From IMG/VR virus record IMGVR_UViG_3300027805_000006: DNA of 64,000 bases, one strand, 5' to 3'. A model generated the notes under the pieces. That model was not told the DNA's origin. It made no database searches and saw only the letters and a list, made by a program, of their open reading frames with translations. The DNA is from a virus (lineage: Duplodnaviria; Caudoviricetes). A program made the position numbers and the translations under genes. This document shows, piece by piece, positions 1 through 9,452 of the stretch (the stretch's first letter is position 1; each line of letters starts with the position of its first letter).

Positions 1-317
1 TTTTTCTCTTCACGCTTAGTTGTTTTCTCAACAAATCCAATCTTCAAGAGTTTGGCATATTCTTCGCTTTCGCGCGCCTTCTTCATCGCAGGTGCAAGAT
101 CTTCAGTTGTTGCACCAATTTCTTCCAACCAATCTCCAGCGATACCAGTTATAATGCCCTGGCGGTTATAAATTCTATGGCCACCAGTGTCTGTCCATGC
201 GCTGGCTCTTTGTGAACCATACGATGGTTCAGCATACCCACGCCGATTAGGTATCTTTTTTCCCTGAGCATCTTTTTTAGATGTGTAAAGTTCTAGTAGA
301 AGTTCAGCAGCTTTCAT
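1..317 (-). CDS. hypothetical protein, runs off the window edge (MKAAELLLELYTSKK...)
   Basis: Translated by hand; ATG at 317, open to the window start; N-terminal LLLE motif. Confidence 0.7.
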   Translation of the reverse strand, partial: MKAAELLLELYTSKKDAQGKKIPNRRGYAEPSYGSQRASAWTDTGGHRIYNRQGIITGIAGDWLEEIGATTEDLAPAMKKARESEEYAKLLKIGFVEKTTKREEK

Positions 318-387
318 GTTATTTCCGGTCTGACCGGTCTGAATTAATTATAACTGTAGCCTGTCTATCAATTTCAGGTGCCTGACC

Positions 388-723
388 TTACGCCACACGG
401 GGCTTAGGATCGCGTGGGCTAGGTGCACTGATATATTTTGATTTCCTGTCGAGAGGAACTGCTTTACCTGTAATGTCTCTAGTTGCGTGACCTGCGATTG
501 CCTTTATTTTTCCTTGTTGAGCTAATTTTGATGCCGTACTTGCTAGTTCGGGGAATGTGATTGTGTCTACAACAAGTATTGCAACACCGTCACCTACCAT
601 TTCTACTTCGGCACCATCTTCATTTGATAACTCGTCGATTAAGTCTTGCCCTTTAACTCGATATGTATTAAGTCTAGTATGCACACCTTCCGCCACACCT
701 TGCATTAGTTCAAATATCTTCAT
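388..723 (-). CDS. hypothetical protein
   Basis: ORF track 388..744; likely start MKIFEL at 723, downstream of a TAAATA motif. Confidence 0.7.
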   Translation of the reverse strand: MKIFELMQGVAEGVHTRLNTYRVKGQDLIDELSNEDGAEVEMVGDGVAILVVDTITFPELASTASKLAQQGKIKAIAGHATRDITGKAVPLDRKSKYISAPSPRDPKPRVA

Positions 724-795
724 TTTGTTTCTTTCCTTTCTCACAAGACAGTTTAGTAAAGATATTTATTGTTTGCTGACTATTTTTGGTGATTT

Positions 796-1368
796 TTACT
801 GCTTCGGGCGTGAATAAACGCACTGATTAAACAGCGTGCAGTACTTTCCTTCAATTTCAGGAACTACAAAATTACCGGCTTTATCCTGCTCAGCAATTTG
901 TTCAAATAAGTATTTTTCTGGTTTTCCAGAAATCGGGTCGTCAATTTCAATCCATTCAAAAATATCCTTGCCTCTGTAAGCACCTACCTTTTGCTCCGAC
1001 GTTGACAAAATAACTGAAATGTTTAACCCCGCCTTTTCTATGAGAGCATCTAGGTCTTTTCCTGGCACAATATCACCTTCCTCAACTTTCTTGGTAATTT
1101 CTTGAAACGCTGCTAGTCGGTCTTTTGCGCTTTCAAGATTTACTAATTCTTCTGGAACGGTAAGAGCCAAGTAAAATCCGGTAAAAACGAGTATAAGTTG
1201 GTAGGAAAAAATCCAGAAGAATGGCAGTGCAATAATCCAAAAACCACCTAGATATGTGAAAACAAAAACAGAAATAAAAAAGTTTAGCACTAACCACAGC
1301 CACTGTGCCTTAGTTATTGCTCTCTCAACTATTTGTTCAATGTTCATTTGTTTGTTAGATGTTTCCAT
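796..1368 (-). CDS. hypothetical membrane protein
   Basis: Hydrophobic N-terminal segments (WLWLVLNFFISVFVFTYLGGFWIIALPFFWIF). Confidence 0.75.
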   Translation of the reverse strand: METSNKQMNIEQIVERAITKAQWLWLVLNFFISVFVFTYLGGFWIIALPFFWIFSYQLILVFTGFYLALTVPEELVNLESAKDRLAAFQEITKKVEEGDIVPGKDLDALIEKAGLNISVILSTSEQKVGAYRGKDIFEWIEIDDPISGKPEKYLFEQIAEQDKAGNFVVPEIEGKYCTLFNQCVYSRPKQ

Positions 1369-1403
1369 CTATAGGTTTCCATTAAGTTAATTTTATCACA
1401 CAT

Positions 1404-1982
1404 TCATTCAAAGTGTTTTAAAACACGTGAATGCTCAGGCAGATATGCCTTTAAGAACTGCATCTGGCAGGTCAAGATATTACGGTTTTCCAAAATTAGG
1501 GCTTCTGCTCTATTAGGGGTATATGGTAGATATAACAGTTCCATATCACAATCTTCAAGAAGATTATCATCCTTCTTTCGATTGCACTTGCCACAGGCAG
1601 TAACCACATTCATCCATTTATCTGCGCCACCTTTTGACCGAGGTATGATGTGGTCTCTCGTCAATTTCAAATCCTTGAAGATTTTTCCACAGTAGGCACA
1701 CATAAAATGATCGCGCCTGAATAATTCTTTATTGGTAAGCGCTGGGACAGAATTCATTCTTCTGATTGCTGCTGCTTCGGTCCTCTTTACTGCTATGATT
1801 GGAGCACTGTAAATTTTAGATTGCAGTCCAGTAATCTTGTTAATGCCGCCTCGATAAACAATCTTTTCTTTATCATCCTCTAGTTGCCAAGCAACTAACT
1901 TCTTAGCGTGATAAACGATTGCATCATCTTTTGAAATCCATCGATGTGGAGTTCCTTGATAATCAAGTGCTAGCACCCTCAT
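1404..1982 (-). CDS. HNH endonuclease
   Basis: CAYCG...TRDHIIPRSKGG...NVVTACGKCNRKK HNH/zinc-finger motif. Confidence 0.9.
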   Translation of the reverse strand: MRVLALDYQGTPHRWISKDDAIVYHAKKLVAWQLEDDKEKIVYRGGINKITGLQSKIYSAPIIAVKRTEAAAIRRMNSVPALTNKELFRRDHFMCAYCGKIFKDLKLTRDHIIPRSKGGADKWMNVVTACGKCNRKKDDNLLEDCDMELLYLPYTPNRAEALILENRNILTCQMQFLKAYLPEHSRVLKHFE

Positions 1983-2434
1983 TTCATATCCTTTACAATC
2001 TCTTCAAGTCTCTGAACAAATTTGACGTGGTCCCTCCTTCCATCTTCTTTAAATTGGTCAAGGGTCATCCATACGACATATTCAGTTTCTTCACACCACT
2101 TATCAAAGTCATAGCGATCCTGAATTTCAACACCAAATACTGCTAGGTTATATGCGCAAGAGTAAAGTTCTACTCTGCCGGCAAAGATGTGATGATATTC
2201 ACCCCTTGCATTTCTTTGCTTATATCCTAGTTCTTCTTCGGCTTCTCTAATTGCACATTGCAGTGCATCTTCATTTTCCTCAATCTTTCCCTTTGAAATC
2301 ATTGGACGTGGTCCGCCAAATTTGGGGTCAGATGAAATCATCATCATATACTGTATGATACCGTCTTCATTCCTAAGGAATGGTATCAGCCCAGAACGGG
2401 GACTTTTTTCGTAACCTTCTTCGCTTCTATGCAT
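1979..2434 (-). CDS. NUDIX hydrolase
   Basis: Nudix box GKIEENEDALQCAIREAEEELG. Confidence 0.9.
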   Translation of the reverse strand: MHRSEEGYEKSPRSGLIPFLRNEDGIIQYMMMISSDPKFGGPRPMISKGKIEENEDALQCAIREAEEELGYKQRNARGEYHHIFAGRVELYSCAYNLAVFGVEIQDRYDFDKWCEETEYVVWMTLDQFKEDGRRDHVKFVQRLEEIVKDMK

Positions 2435-2511
2435 AGTGGGAGTTTGTAAGATATACGAGAAGGGGATTAATCCCCCTCTCTGATTTTAAAAATTATTGTT
2501 AGAAATATGAA

Positions 2512-2655
2512 TTATTTCTCTGGAAATTCAAGTACGAGCCTGTATATTAACAGGTCAATTACTATACAGGAATGTTCTACTCCGTTATCTTCATGTTTCT
2601 GGACATATTCTATTCCAAGCGCTGCGCCTGTTATAAAACACCCAGATATAATCAT
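2512..2655 (-). CDS. small hypothetical protein (47 aa, MIISGCFITGAALGIEY...)
   Basis: Below the ORF-track cutoff; translated by hand; abuts the upstream small ORF. Confidence 0.6.
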   Translation of the reverse strand: MIISGCFITGAALGIEYVQKHEDNGVEHSCIVIDLLIYRLVLEFPEK

Positions 2656-2658
2656 AAC

Positions 2659-2763
2659 TTACTTCTTAAACCAAGCCAAAACAATAGGCTTGAACTTATT
2701 GTAAAGCATCATCCAAAATGGAGCGAATGCTGTTCCAATTGCAATTCCGATAATAAAATCCAT
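2659..2763 (-). CDS. small membrane peptide (34 aa, MDFIIGIAIGTAFAPFWMMLYNKFKPIVLAWFKK)
   Basis: GGAGG Shine-Dalgarno before ATG; hydrophobic. Confidence 0.65.
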   Translation of the reverse strand: MDFIIGIAIGTAFAPFWMMLYNKFKPIVLAWFKK

Positions 2764-2807
2764 ATTTCCTCCGTAAAAAGCAACGACCTTTGCTGCCTTA
2801 GCAATAT

Positions 2808-3896
2808 TTATTGATTACCGCGCGTATTTTTAAAAACAAAAGAGTATGCCGCTGTCTTCTTCAATTCACCATATGGAATATCAGATGGCTTCAAAATTCC
2901 TTTGTTTAGTTTTCCTTCAAGCAGCAACTCAATCACTGCAACTCCAGTACCAGAAGTTGTAAGTTCAAGAGCAGTCAAACCTAGTTCTTCTTCGGGCAGG
3001 AAGTGAATACCTGCAGAAGCCATTTTTCCATTGACATCTTTTGCTACTGCTGCTAGCACCACAGTGTCGTCACGGGTGGTAGGAAATTTTTTCTTTGCGT
3101 CCTCAACTGCTTCTTCAAAAGAAAAGTTTTCGTTATTCAAAAAATTCTTTAGCAGCGGTTTGATGGTATTTTCTAAATGACCTTGATGACGTAGAGTTTT
3201 ATATTCCACATTAGGAATATGTGGATACGCTGCTAGGTCACCTACGCCGCCCGATGTGGTAAAGCCTTCATAGATAATTCCATCAACAAGAAGTTCTTCT
3301 CTCTCGATAAGAGGATCGACTACCTGTAGGGCGCCGTTTCTTTTTCGCTTTGCGGGTTTAATATACTCGTTAATCAGACCTTCTGGCGACCAAGTAATAG
3401 CATAGTAGTCAGGACCAAATGCCACTCTAGGAAGAGCACCTACTCGCAGGTCAAGAGAATGAGGCGTTCCGAGATTTGAGAAGAGGTCTAGACCAATATA
3501 ACTTACCAGCCCAGGTGCTAGGCCTGTCTGAGGGACAAATGTTGAAGAAACGTCAAGTGATGAAATGAATTCAGTTACTTGATTATCCTCGGTAAAATCA
3601 ACGTAATCAACTGCCCTAGACGCAGCAATCTGAGCAACGGTGGTGTTAATGTTGAATGGAGTAGAGCAAACAACTACCTTCGGGCGAACTATGTCAAAGC
3701 ACTGTTCTAGTTCTTCTTTAGAAGAGGCAACAAATGTTTTGATGTCCTTAGAGTACTGCTTGACGCTTTCAATAGCAGCGGGTAGTGTATCTACTACATA
3801 GATTTCACCAATTTTTAGGGTGTTTGCAATTTTTATAAGCGCTAAACCAACTCTACCTGCACCAACTACAAGTATCCGTGCCATAATGGGCTCCAA
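2808..3896 (-). CDS. saccharopine dehydrogenase-like NAD(P)-dependent oxidoreductase
   Basis: GAGRVG Rossmann motif, GLAPG, ITWSPEGLINEY, YKTLRHQGH. Confidence 0.85.
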   Translation of the reverse strand: MEPIMARILVVGAGRVGLALIKIANTLKIGEIYVVDTLPAAIESVKQYSKDIKTFVASSKEELEQCFDIVRPKVVVCSTPFNINTTVAQIAASRAVDYVDFTEDNQVTEFISSLDVSSTFVPQTGLAPGLVSYIGLDLFSNLGTPHSLDLRVGALPRVAFGPDYYAITWSPEGLINEYIKPAKRKRNGALQVVDPLIEREELLVDGIIYEGFTTSGGVGDLAAYPHIPNVEYKTLRHQGHLENTIKPLLKNFLNNENFSFEEAVEDAKKKFPTTRDDTVVLAAVAKDVNGKMASAGIHFLPEEELGLTALELTTSGTGVAVIELLLEGKLNKGILKPSDIPYGELKKTAAYSFVFKNTRGNQ

Positions 3897-3947
3897 AAGA
3901 AATTCTACATTCCTTATTTACCCGGCACAAAAATACATTTCAACAGG

Positions 3948-4184
3948 TTAGAATTTCCACGTTGTCCCAATGAAGGAAGTTTCAGCAGATTTTACTGAAA
4001 ATTCAAGCATGCATAAAGCATGCACTTCATTTAAAACTCCTACGCGTTCCTCAAAGGAATATGTTGGCAAGTCAGTTAGGTAAGAATAGCCTGCAAGGTG
4101 ACGAAGCCTATCTTCTGTCGCACCACGAACCTTGATTTTTTCAACCTCTGTCATACGATTGAAAATTTGCTGGGCTTTCTGCAT
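3948..4184 (-). CDS. hypothetical protein
   Basis: ORF with upstream AGGAG SD. Confidence 0.65.
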   Translation of the reverse strand: MQKAQQIFNRMTEVEKIKVRGATEDRLRHLAGYSYLTDLPTYSFEERVGVLNEVHALCMLEFSVKSAETSFIGTTWKF

Positions 4185-4238
4185 TTCTTACTCCTGTAAA
4201 GTTCAGGAGTTATAGTAACACATTTTACGACCTGATTT

Positions 4239-4709
4239 TTACTTTTTTAGACCTTCAAAGTAGCGTGTGCTTCCATCAGGCATTCTCTTTGCCGTTAAGA
4301 CTTGCTGTCTGTTTCCGGCAATATTGTAAGAAATATGAACCCACCCGTCATTTGGTCCCTTTTCGTGGTCGTGAAACTCCAGAATAAGTTGATCAAATTC
4401 AAGTGTTTCTGAAATCCACTGTGCAAGAACGCAGTTATCAACATCATAGATCTCGATATCAGCAGCCTGCCCATTGCAGTGCTGGCTAGTGGCAGATCCA
4501 CCCACTGCCTTATTGAGGGCTGGGCTTCTGTAGCCAGAAGATACCATCACTGGCTTCTGCCAAACGTCCTTAATTTTTTCAAGAACATTTTCACATAGGG
4601 CGATCATATTTTGCAGGTGCTCTTCAGATGGTTGATTTGAAATGCCAAGTCTAGAAGCAGTTTGACTTTTAGTCATCTCTGAAAGGTGAAAATTGCTAGA
4701 AAGCCACAT
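4239..4709 (-). CDS. peptidase M15A-family peptidoglycan hydrolase (candidate endolysin)
   Basis: SSGYRSPALN..VGGSATSQH..GQAADI...WVHISY. Confidence 0.9.
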   Translation of the reverse strand: MWLSSNFHLSEMTKSQTASRLGISNQPSEEHLQNMIALCENVLEKIKDVWQKPVMVSSGYRSPALNKAVGGSATSQHCNGQAADIEIYDVDNCVLAQWISETLEFDQLILEFHDHEKGPNDGWVHISYNIAGNRQQVLTAKRMPDGSTRYFEGLKK

Positions 4710-4768
4710 AGTATTCTCCTTTAAACTATTCGAGATATTTAGTGTATCTGTAAGTTTTTTAAACTTCT

Positions 4769-5026
4769 CTACTTGTACAGAGATCTAAGTTTTTCCTTTG
4801 CACCCTCAAGGCGCTTAATATCATCAGAGGATAGGTTTATCCCGGCTCGATTGATATAAAAGTTTAGCCTTGACATTGCCTGTTTAAGATCTTTACTTTC
4901 AGCCTTTAGCCCTGTTGCGATTGCAGTAGAAGACTTGGTAAAAAATCCTTCAGGTGGGTGCCATTTTTCCTTGACGGATGCGCTCCATTTTTCCTCATTA
5001 AGCGCCAGTAGTTGCTTAAGCAGCAT
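4769..5026 (-). CDS. DUF3175-like protein
   Basis: AMSRLNFYINRAGINL...RLEGAKEKLR resembles the DUF3175 signature as recalled; not searched. Confidence 0.6.
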   Translation of the reverse strand: MLLKQLLALNEEKWSASVKEKWHPPEGFFTKSSTAIATGLKAESKDLKQAMSRLNFYINRAGINLSSDDIKRLEGAKEKLRSLYK

Positions 5027-5078
5027 AGTATTCTCCCTTTGTTTTTATTCTTTTAAGAAGAGTGGTTTAACCACAGAT

Positions 5079-5798
5079 CTATTTATCTGGCAACTGTCTC
5101 AGTTTTGCAAGTTTGAAAAATTGAAATACCTTAAACCACGCCCAGCCGGCGTCAAATTCCCACCACTTCCTGCTCAATTTTGGGTTTGCTGGATCTAGGT
5201 GGTGATTGTTATGCAGGCACTCTCCACCAATTAAAATGCCAAGTGGGAAAATATTTTTGCTGCTATCACCTGAACTGCCATTGGTGTATCCCCACTTATG
5301 GCCAATTCCATTGATAACGCCTGCTGCCCAGAATGGTATCCAGATCATTTGAACTGCCCACACAAGAACACCAAGAGTATCAAAAAGAACAACATCGATG
5401 AGCAGCATCAGTAAAATACCAAGGCAGTTGAACCTGGTGTAGATGTGTTGTTCTACCCAGTCATCAGGAGTTCCAACACCAAATGATTGAACAAGTCTCT
5501 TGTCTTCCGTTCCTTTTGCATACAGAAAAGCACCGCCAAACAGAACTTTCCAGATGCCAAAAACAACAGGGCTGTGGGGATCTCCAGGTTTATCGGTTGA
5601 ACTATGGTGCTTTCGGTGAATTGCTACCCATTCCTTTGTTACCATTCCTGTGGTAAGCCAAAGCCAGAAGCGCATAAAGTGAGCAAGAACTGGGTTAAAA
5701 ACAATTCCTTTGTGCGCCTGTGACCGGTGAAGGTAAAGAGTAACGCAGACTATCGTAATATGAGTTGCTATAAGAGTAAAAATAACGGCAGCAAGCAT
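5079..5798 (-). CDS. membrane fatty-acid (delta-9-type) desaturase
   Basis: Three His boxes HRSQAH, HRKHH, HNNHH, plus transmembrane segments. Confidence 0.92.
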   Translation of the reverse strand: MLAAVIFTLIATHITIVCVTLYLHRSQAHKGIVFNPVLAHFMRFWLWLTTGMVTKEWVAIHRKHHSSTDKPGDPHSPVVFGIWKVLFGGAFLYAKGTEDKRLVQSFGVGTPDDWVEQHIYTRFNCLGILLMLLIDVVLFDTLGVLVWAVQMIWIPFWAAGVINGIGHKWGYTNGSSGDSSKNIFPLGILIGGECLHNNHHLDPANPKLSRKWWEFDAGWAWFKVFQFFKLAKLRQLPDK

Positions 5799-6467
5799 TT
5801 ACTTTAGTCCTAACCGCACCAGCACTGCCTTGATAAACGGGTGGTGGGCTGAGAACTCTGGATCGTGACTAATGTTGGTAATGTACTCAAGAAACTGCGC
5901 GATGTGCTCCACGCTTTGGAAGCGATGGTACAGGTCGTATGAAGCAGTTGCTGCAGCGCCAATCATCTGAACCTTTTGCAGCGTTTCAGCAGAAAATAAT
6001 TCAGGGTCAAGATTTGAAATTTGATAATCAAATTTTGAGCAACTTTCATTTATACCTCTCAGGGCTCGCTGCATATCACCGAAAAAATGATTTGATAGAG
6101 AACCGCTGGCATCTGATAGAATAGCAACTGCATCTTCTACCTGCTCTTCGTGTTCTTGATTGCCTTCACGTAGATCAAGAGAAAGATGGAGAGGAGAATA
6201 GTCAAAATCATCAAAATTGCCATCGTCCAACTGGTCATTGAGGTACCTAGATATCTTCTTAAGAAGAGCAAGTTTACTTCCTACGCTTTCGCTGACAACA
6301 GTTGAGGTATCACCAGTAGATTGTTCTTGACCAATCTCTATACCAATAACACCTAACTTTAGTTTTGGTTCCTTTGCTGCAGCGACAGTTGCCTTATGTA
6401 CCTGCTTGGTTAATTTCTTTGTTGCCTTCATACCAGAAGGGGTAAGACCTAATTGATTAAGTTTCAT
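5799..6467 (-). CDS. hypothetical protein
   Basis: ORF track 5799..6578; likely start MKLNQ at 6467 after TAAATA at 6490-6495. Confidence 0.7.
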   Translation of the reverse strand: MKLNQLGLTPSGMKATKKLTKQVHKATVAAAKEPKLKLGVIGIEIGQEQSTGDTSTVVSESVGSKLALLKKISRYLNDQLDDGNFDDFDYSPLHLSLDLREGNQEHEEQVEDAVAILSDASGSLSNHFFGDMQRALRGINESCSKFDYQISNLDPELFSAETLQKVQMIGAAATASYDLYHRFQSVEHIAQFLEYITNISHDPEFSAHHPFIKAVLVRLGLK

Positions 6468-6489
6468 TTTATTACTCTTGCGAATAGAA

Positions 6490-6495
6490 TATTTA
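6490..6495 (-). promoter_or_regulatory. late promoter-like TAAATA (one of a divergent pair)
   Basis: Core of the T4 late consensus TATAAATA; recurs before many genes in the window. Confidence 0.6.
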
Positions 6496-6541
6496 TTGTG
6501 TAAATCTACCGTGGCGCAGTATTTGTGTGAAAACTGCAACA

Positions 6542-6547
6542 TAAATA
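6542..6547 (+). promoter_or_regulatory. late promoter-like TAAATA for the radical SAM operon
   Basis: 33 nt upstream of ATG 6580. Confidence 0.6.
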
Positions 6548-6579
6548 CAATATTCGCCACCCTAGTACCAAAGCGCACA

Positions 6580-7515
6580 ATGTATAATTTCCAAGAACTC
6601 CAGGAATTTTCTCACAAGAATGCCAATACGTTTAGTTATGGTGGCAGGATTTTGGGTGCAAAACAACTAGGAGAAACCATAGAATTTCACTACTCTCCTG
6701 TTTCAAGAATGGTTGGAACTTTCAAAGAAGAGTGTTTTAATGTAGCAAAACTGTGTCAGGAAAAAGCAAATTTAATGAACAGAACGCCTGCTGTTATGCT
6801 TTCTGGAGGAATGGATAGTCATGTAGTACTTTCATCATTTGTAGAACAGGGGTTGGAATGTGTTCCAGTTATGTCACTCATTAAATTGAATGGTCGTAAT
6901 TTGTCAGAACACGAACAGTTCTACGCTGAAAAGATTTGTAATTATTTTGGATTGAAGTTAGAAAAAACAGATGTTAATCTTGAATGGATTTCATCTAATG
7001 AAGCATTTTCAATTTATTCAAATGTCGGCGCTTTTGGGATAATGAGACTCGTGCATAACAAGGCTGATACGTTTGCTTGGAATGAACTGAATGGAATGGC
7101 GGTATATGGAAATGGAGATATAGTTATTGATAATAAACTACAGACTTGGTGCTTAAGACAACTGGGTCAATATCAAGTTCCTTTTAAATGTGGTCTATTA
7201 GAAAATAAAGTAAATGTCAGTATTTTCTTTCAACACACACCAGAGATACTTGCATCTTTTCTAAATGAGGGCATTATCAAAATGGTAACAAAATTAAAGT
7301 CGCCAGAAGAATTTACTGAATTTAGATTTGTAAAATACCAAGTGTATAGAAAACATTGGCCTTTTTTGGAAATGAGGCCTAAATTTTCAGGCATGGAAAA
7401 ATGCAAAATATTTTTTGATAAAGCAAGAGAAGATTTTTGCAGCAGACTGAATGTAATATATGATGACTTTTGGTATAAACCTATTGACCAAATTAACAAA
7501 ATTCTAATACCATAA
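6580..7515 (+). CDS. PP-loop (asparagine-synthase C-terminal-like) adenylating enzyme
   Basis: MLSGGMDS PP-loop; paralog of 9445..10359 (FFQHTPEI motif shared). Confidence 0.75.
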   Translation: MYNFQELQEFSHKNANTFSYGGRILGAKQLGETIEFHYSPVSRMVGTFKEECFNVAKLCQEKANLMNRTPAVMLSGGMDSHVVLSSFVEQGLECVPVMSLIKLNGRNLSEHEQFYAEKICNYFGLKLEKTDVNLEWISSNEAFSIYSNVGAFGIMRLVHNKADTFAWNELNGMAVYGNGDIVIDNKLQTWCLRQLGQYQVPFKCGLLENKVNVSIFFQHTPEILASFLNEGIIKMVTKLKSPEEFTEFRFVKYQVYRKHWPFLEMRPKFSGMEKCKIFFDKAREDFCSRLNVIYDDFWYKPIDQINKILIP

Positions 7516-7519
7516 ACAT

Positions 7520-8911
7520 ATGAGACACCTTATTATTTTAAATGGAATTTGGCCGTGGCCTGGTCAAAATTCTGCTTGGGCAATTAATCGATCGATGGGT
7601 GCATACCAAATCAGACACTGGCTTAAAAAATTTGGATTTAGCGTTCAAGTGATAGACTTTTGTCAAATTTTAACGGTAAGAGAAATTAAAACGCTACTAG
7701 AGCAGTTTATAGGAGATGAAACTTTTGCTGTTGGTTTTTCAACTACCTACTGGCCAAAAATTGGATCAGCACCATCAAATATGACTGAAACAATTAGTTG
7801 GCTACGAAGCAATTATAGTCAAATTAAATTAGTTGGTGGTGGGATGGGGAAAAAGACATTTGACTCTCTTTTTGATGTTGTTTTTGTGGGTCAGTCTGAG
7901 GACGCATTTGTTTCTTGGTGTCAGCAGCAAATTGGAAAATCAAATAAATCATTATTCAATAAAAAATTCAATATCACTGAACTTGATCATAAGTTTCAAC
8001 TAGAAGACTGTATTCTCCCGTTTGAAGTACTGCCAATAGAACTTGGTAGAGGCTGCATTTTTAAATGCAAGTTTTGCGCGCATCCAAATTTAGGAAAACC
8101 TAAATTTACCTATCAAAGGCATTTTGATCTAATTATTGATGAGATGAAGTATAACCATCAGCAGTTTGGCGTAACTCGTTATAACTTTATGGATGATACG
8201 GTAAATGAAGACATTGAAAAGGTAGAAAATCTTTCACGACTTCCTGATAGTTTAGGGTTTGAAATAATGTGGAATGGTTATCTTCGTGCCGATTTAATAT
8301 GGTCACGAAAGGGAACCGATGCTATGTTAAAACGCAGTGGGATGAAAACGTGTTATTTTGGTATTGAGACTTTTAATCCTGCAGCGGGCAAAGCAATTGA
8401 CAAAGGCTGGGGTGCAAAACACGGGAAAGAATACTTGCCTCACCTATATGAGAATGTATGGCAAAAAGACATCAACATTAGAATAAATTTTATAGTCGGG
8501 TTACCCGGTGAGAGTTTAGAAAGCAGCGAAGAAACATTTAACTGGTGTATGCATCAAGACTTTGGTATGTCTCAATTTACTGCTTTAGATATCTATGAGG
8601 CAAATGCGGGAGAAATAACTTCAGAATTTAGTAGAAATTATAAAGAACACGGGTATGTGCTTACTAATCCCGGTTGGAAAAATGAATTTATGACTTCACA
8701 ACAGGCTGCTGATGCCGCCCTAAGATTTAACAAAGAATTGGGAATGGTAAATAAAGTATCAAGTTGGCCGCTATTTAGTGTTATTTCTCTTGGAACAGAC
8801 TATGAAATTGCTAGGCAAATGAAAGTTGAAGAACTTTATAATTTTCCATTTGCTGTTGTACAAAAGTTTAAACAGCAATACATTAGTAAATTAAAGCAAC
8901 TAAAAGAGTAA
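7520..8911 (+). CDS. radical SAM protein with N-terminal cobalamin-binding-like domain
   Basis: IELGRGCIFKCKFC (CxxxCxxC), FMDDT, YLRADL, FGIETFN, FIVGLPGE. Confidence 0.88.
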   Translation: MRHLIILNGIWPWPGQNSAWAINRSMGAYQIRHWLKKFGFSVQVIDFCQILTVREIKTLLEQFIGDETFAVGFSTTYWPKIGSAPSNMTETISWLRSNYSQIKLVGGGMGKKTFDSLFDVVFVGQSEDAFVSWCQQQIGKSNKSLFNKKFNITELDHKFQLEDCILPFEVLPIELGRGCIFKCKFCAHPNLGKPKFTYQRHFDLIIDEMKYNHQQFGVTRYNFMDDTVNEDIEKVENLSRLPDSLGFEIMWNGYLRADLIWSRKGTDAMLKRSGMKTCYFGIETFNPAAGKAIDKGWGAKHGKEYLPHLYENVWQKDINIRINFIVGLPGESLESSEETFNWCMHQDFGMSQFTALDIYEANAGEITSEFSRNYKEHGYVLTNPGWKNEFMTSQQAADAALRFNKELGMVNKVSSWPLFSVISLGTDYEIARQMKVEELYNFPFAVVQKFKQQYISKLKQLKE

Positions 8912-8912
8912 T

Positions 8913-9452
8913 ATGGGAAAACATTTCCTGCATCTTAACTTTCCATTTGACATCGATATGTCGGAAATGGTGTATAGGGAAGCCGCTAATCAAAAAGATG
9001 AAATACAATTGTTTCCAATAAATGCAAGAAAAATAAACACCCAATTAATTGATGTTTTAAACAAAGTTGGAATTTTTGTGCCTCACGCAATTATATTTGT
9101 GACACAACCTAAAGCACATCTTTTCCCACACTCAGACCGGGCTGGAGCAAAATTAAATGTCATTTATGGAAAAAAGGGAAGTAGAATGTTTTGGTGGAAT
9201 ACTACAGCCACACCGAATTATCACAAGACAAAAGTTCATACTGATTATTGGCAGGTGCCTTTAGATCAATGTAAACTAATTGAATCAACAGAAATAGGTA
9301 TAACACTTGTTGATTCAGATGCTATACATTCTGTTATGAATAGCACAAATGAGCCAAGATACGCGCTGAGCATAAACTTAAGAGATAAAAATGGAAATAT
9401 GATACCTTTTTTAGATGCCGCAAAGAGACTAAAAGGATTTAAAAATGATTGA
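8913..9452 (+). CDS. putative Fe(II)/2OG-type dioxygenase (cupin fold)
   Basis: PHSD...IHSV...PRYALS fits an HxD..H..R pattern. Confidence 0.6.
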   Translation: MGKHFLHLNFPFDIDMSEMVYREAANQKDEIQLFPINARKINTQLIDVLNKVGIFVPHAIIFVTQPKAHLFPHSDRAGAKLNVIYGKKGSRMFWWNTTATPNYHKTKVHTDYWQVPLDQCKLIESTEIGITLVDSDAIHSVMNSTNEPRYALSINLRDKNGNMIPFLDAAKRLKGFKND

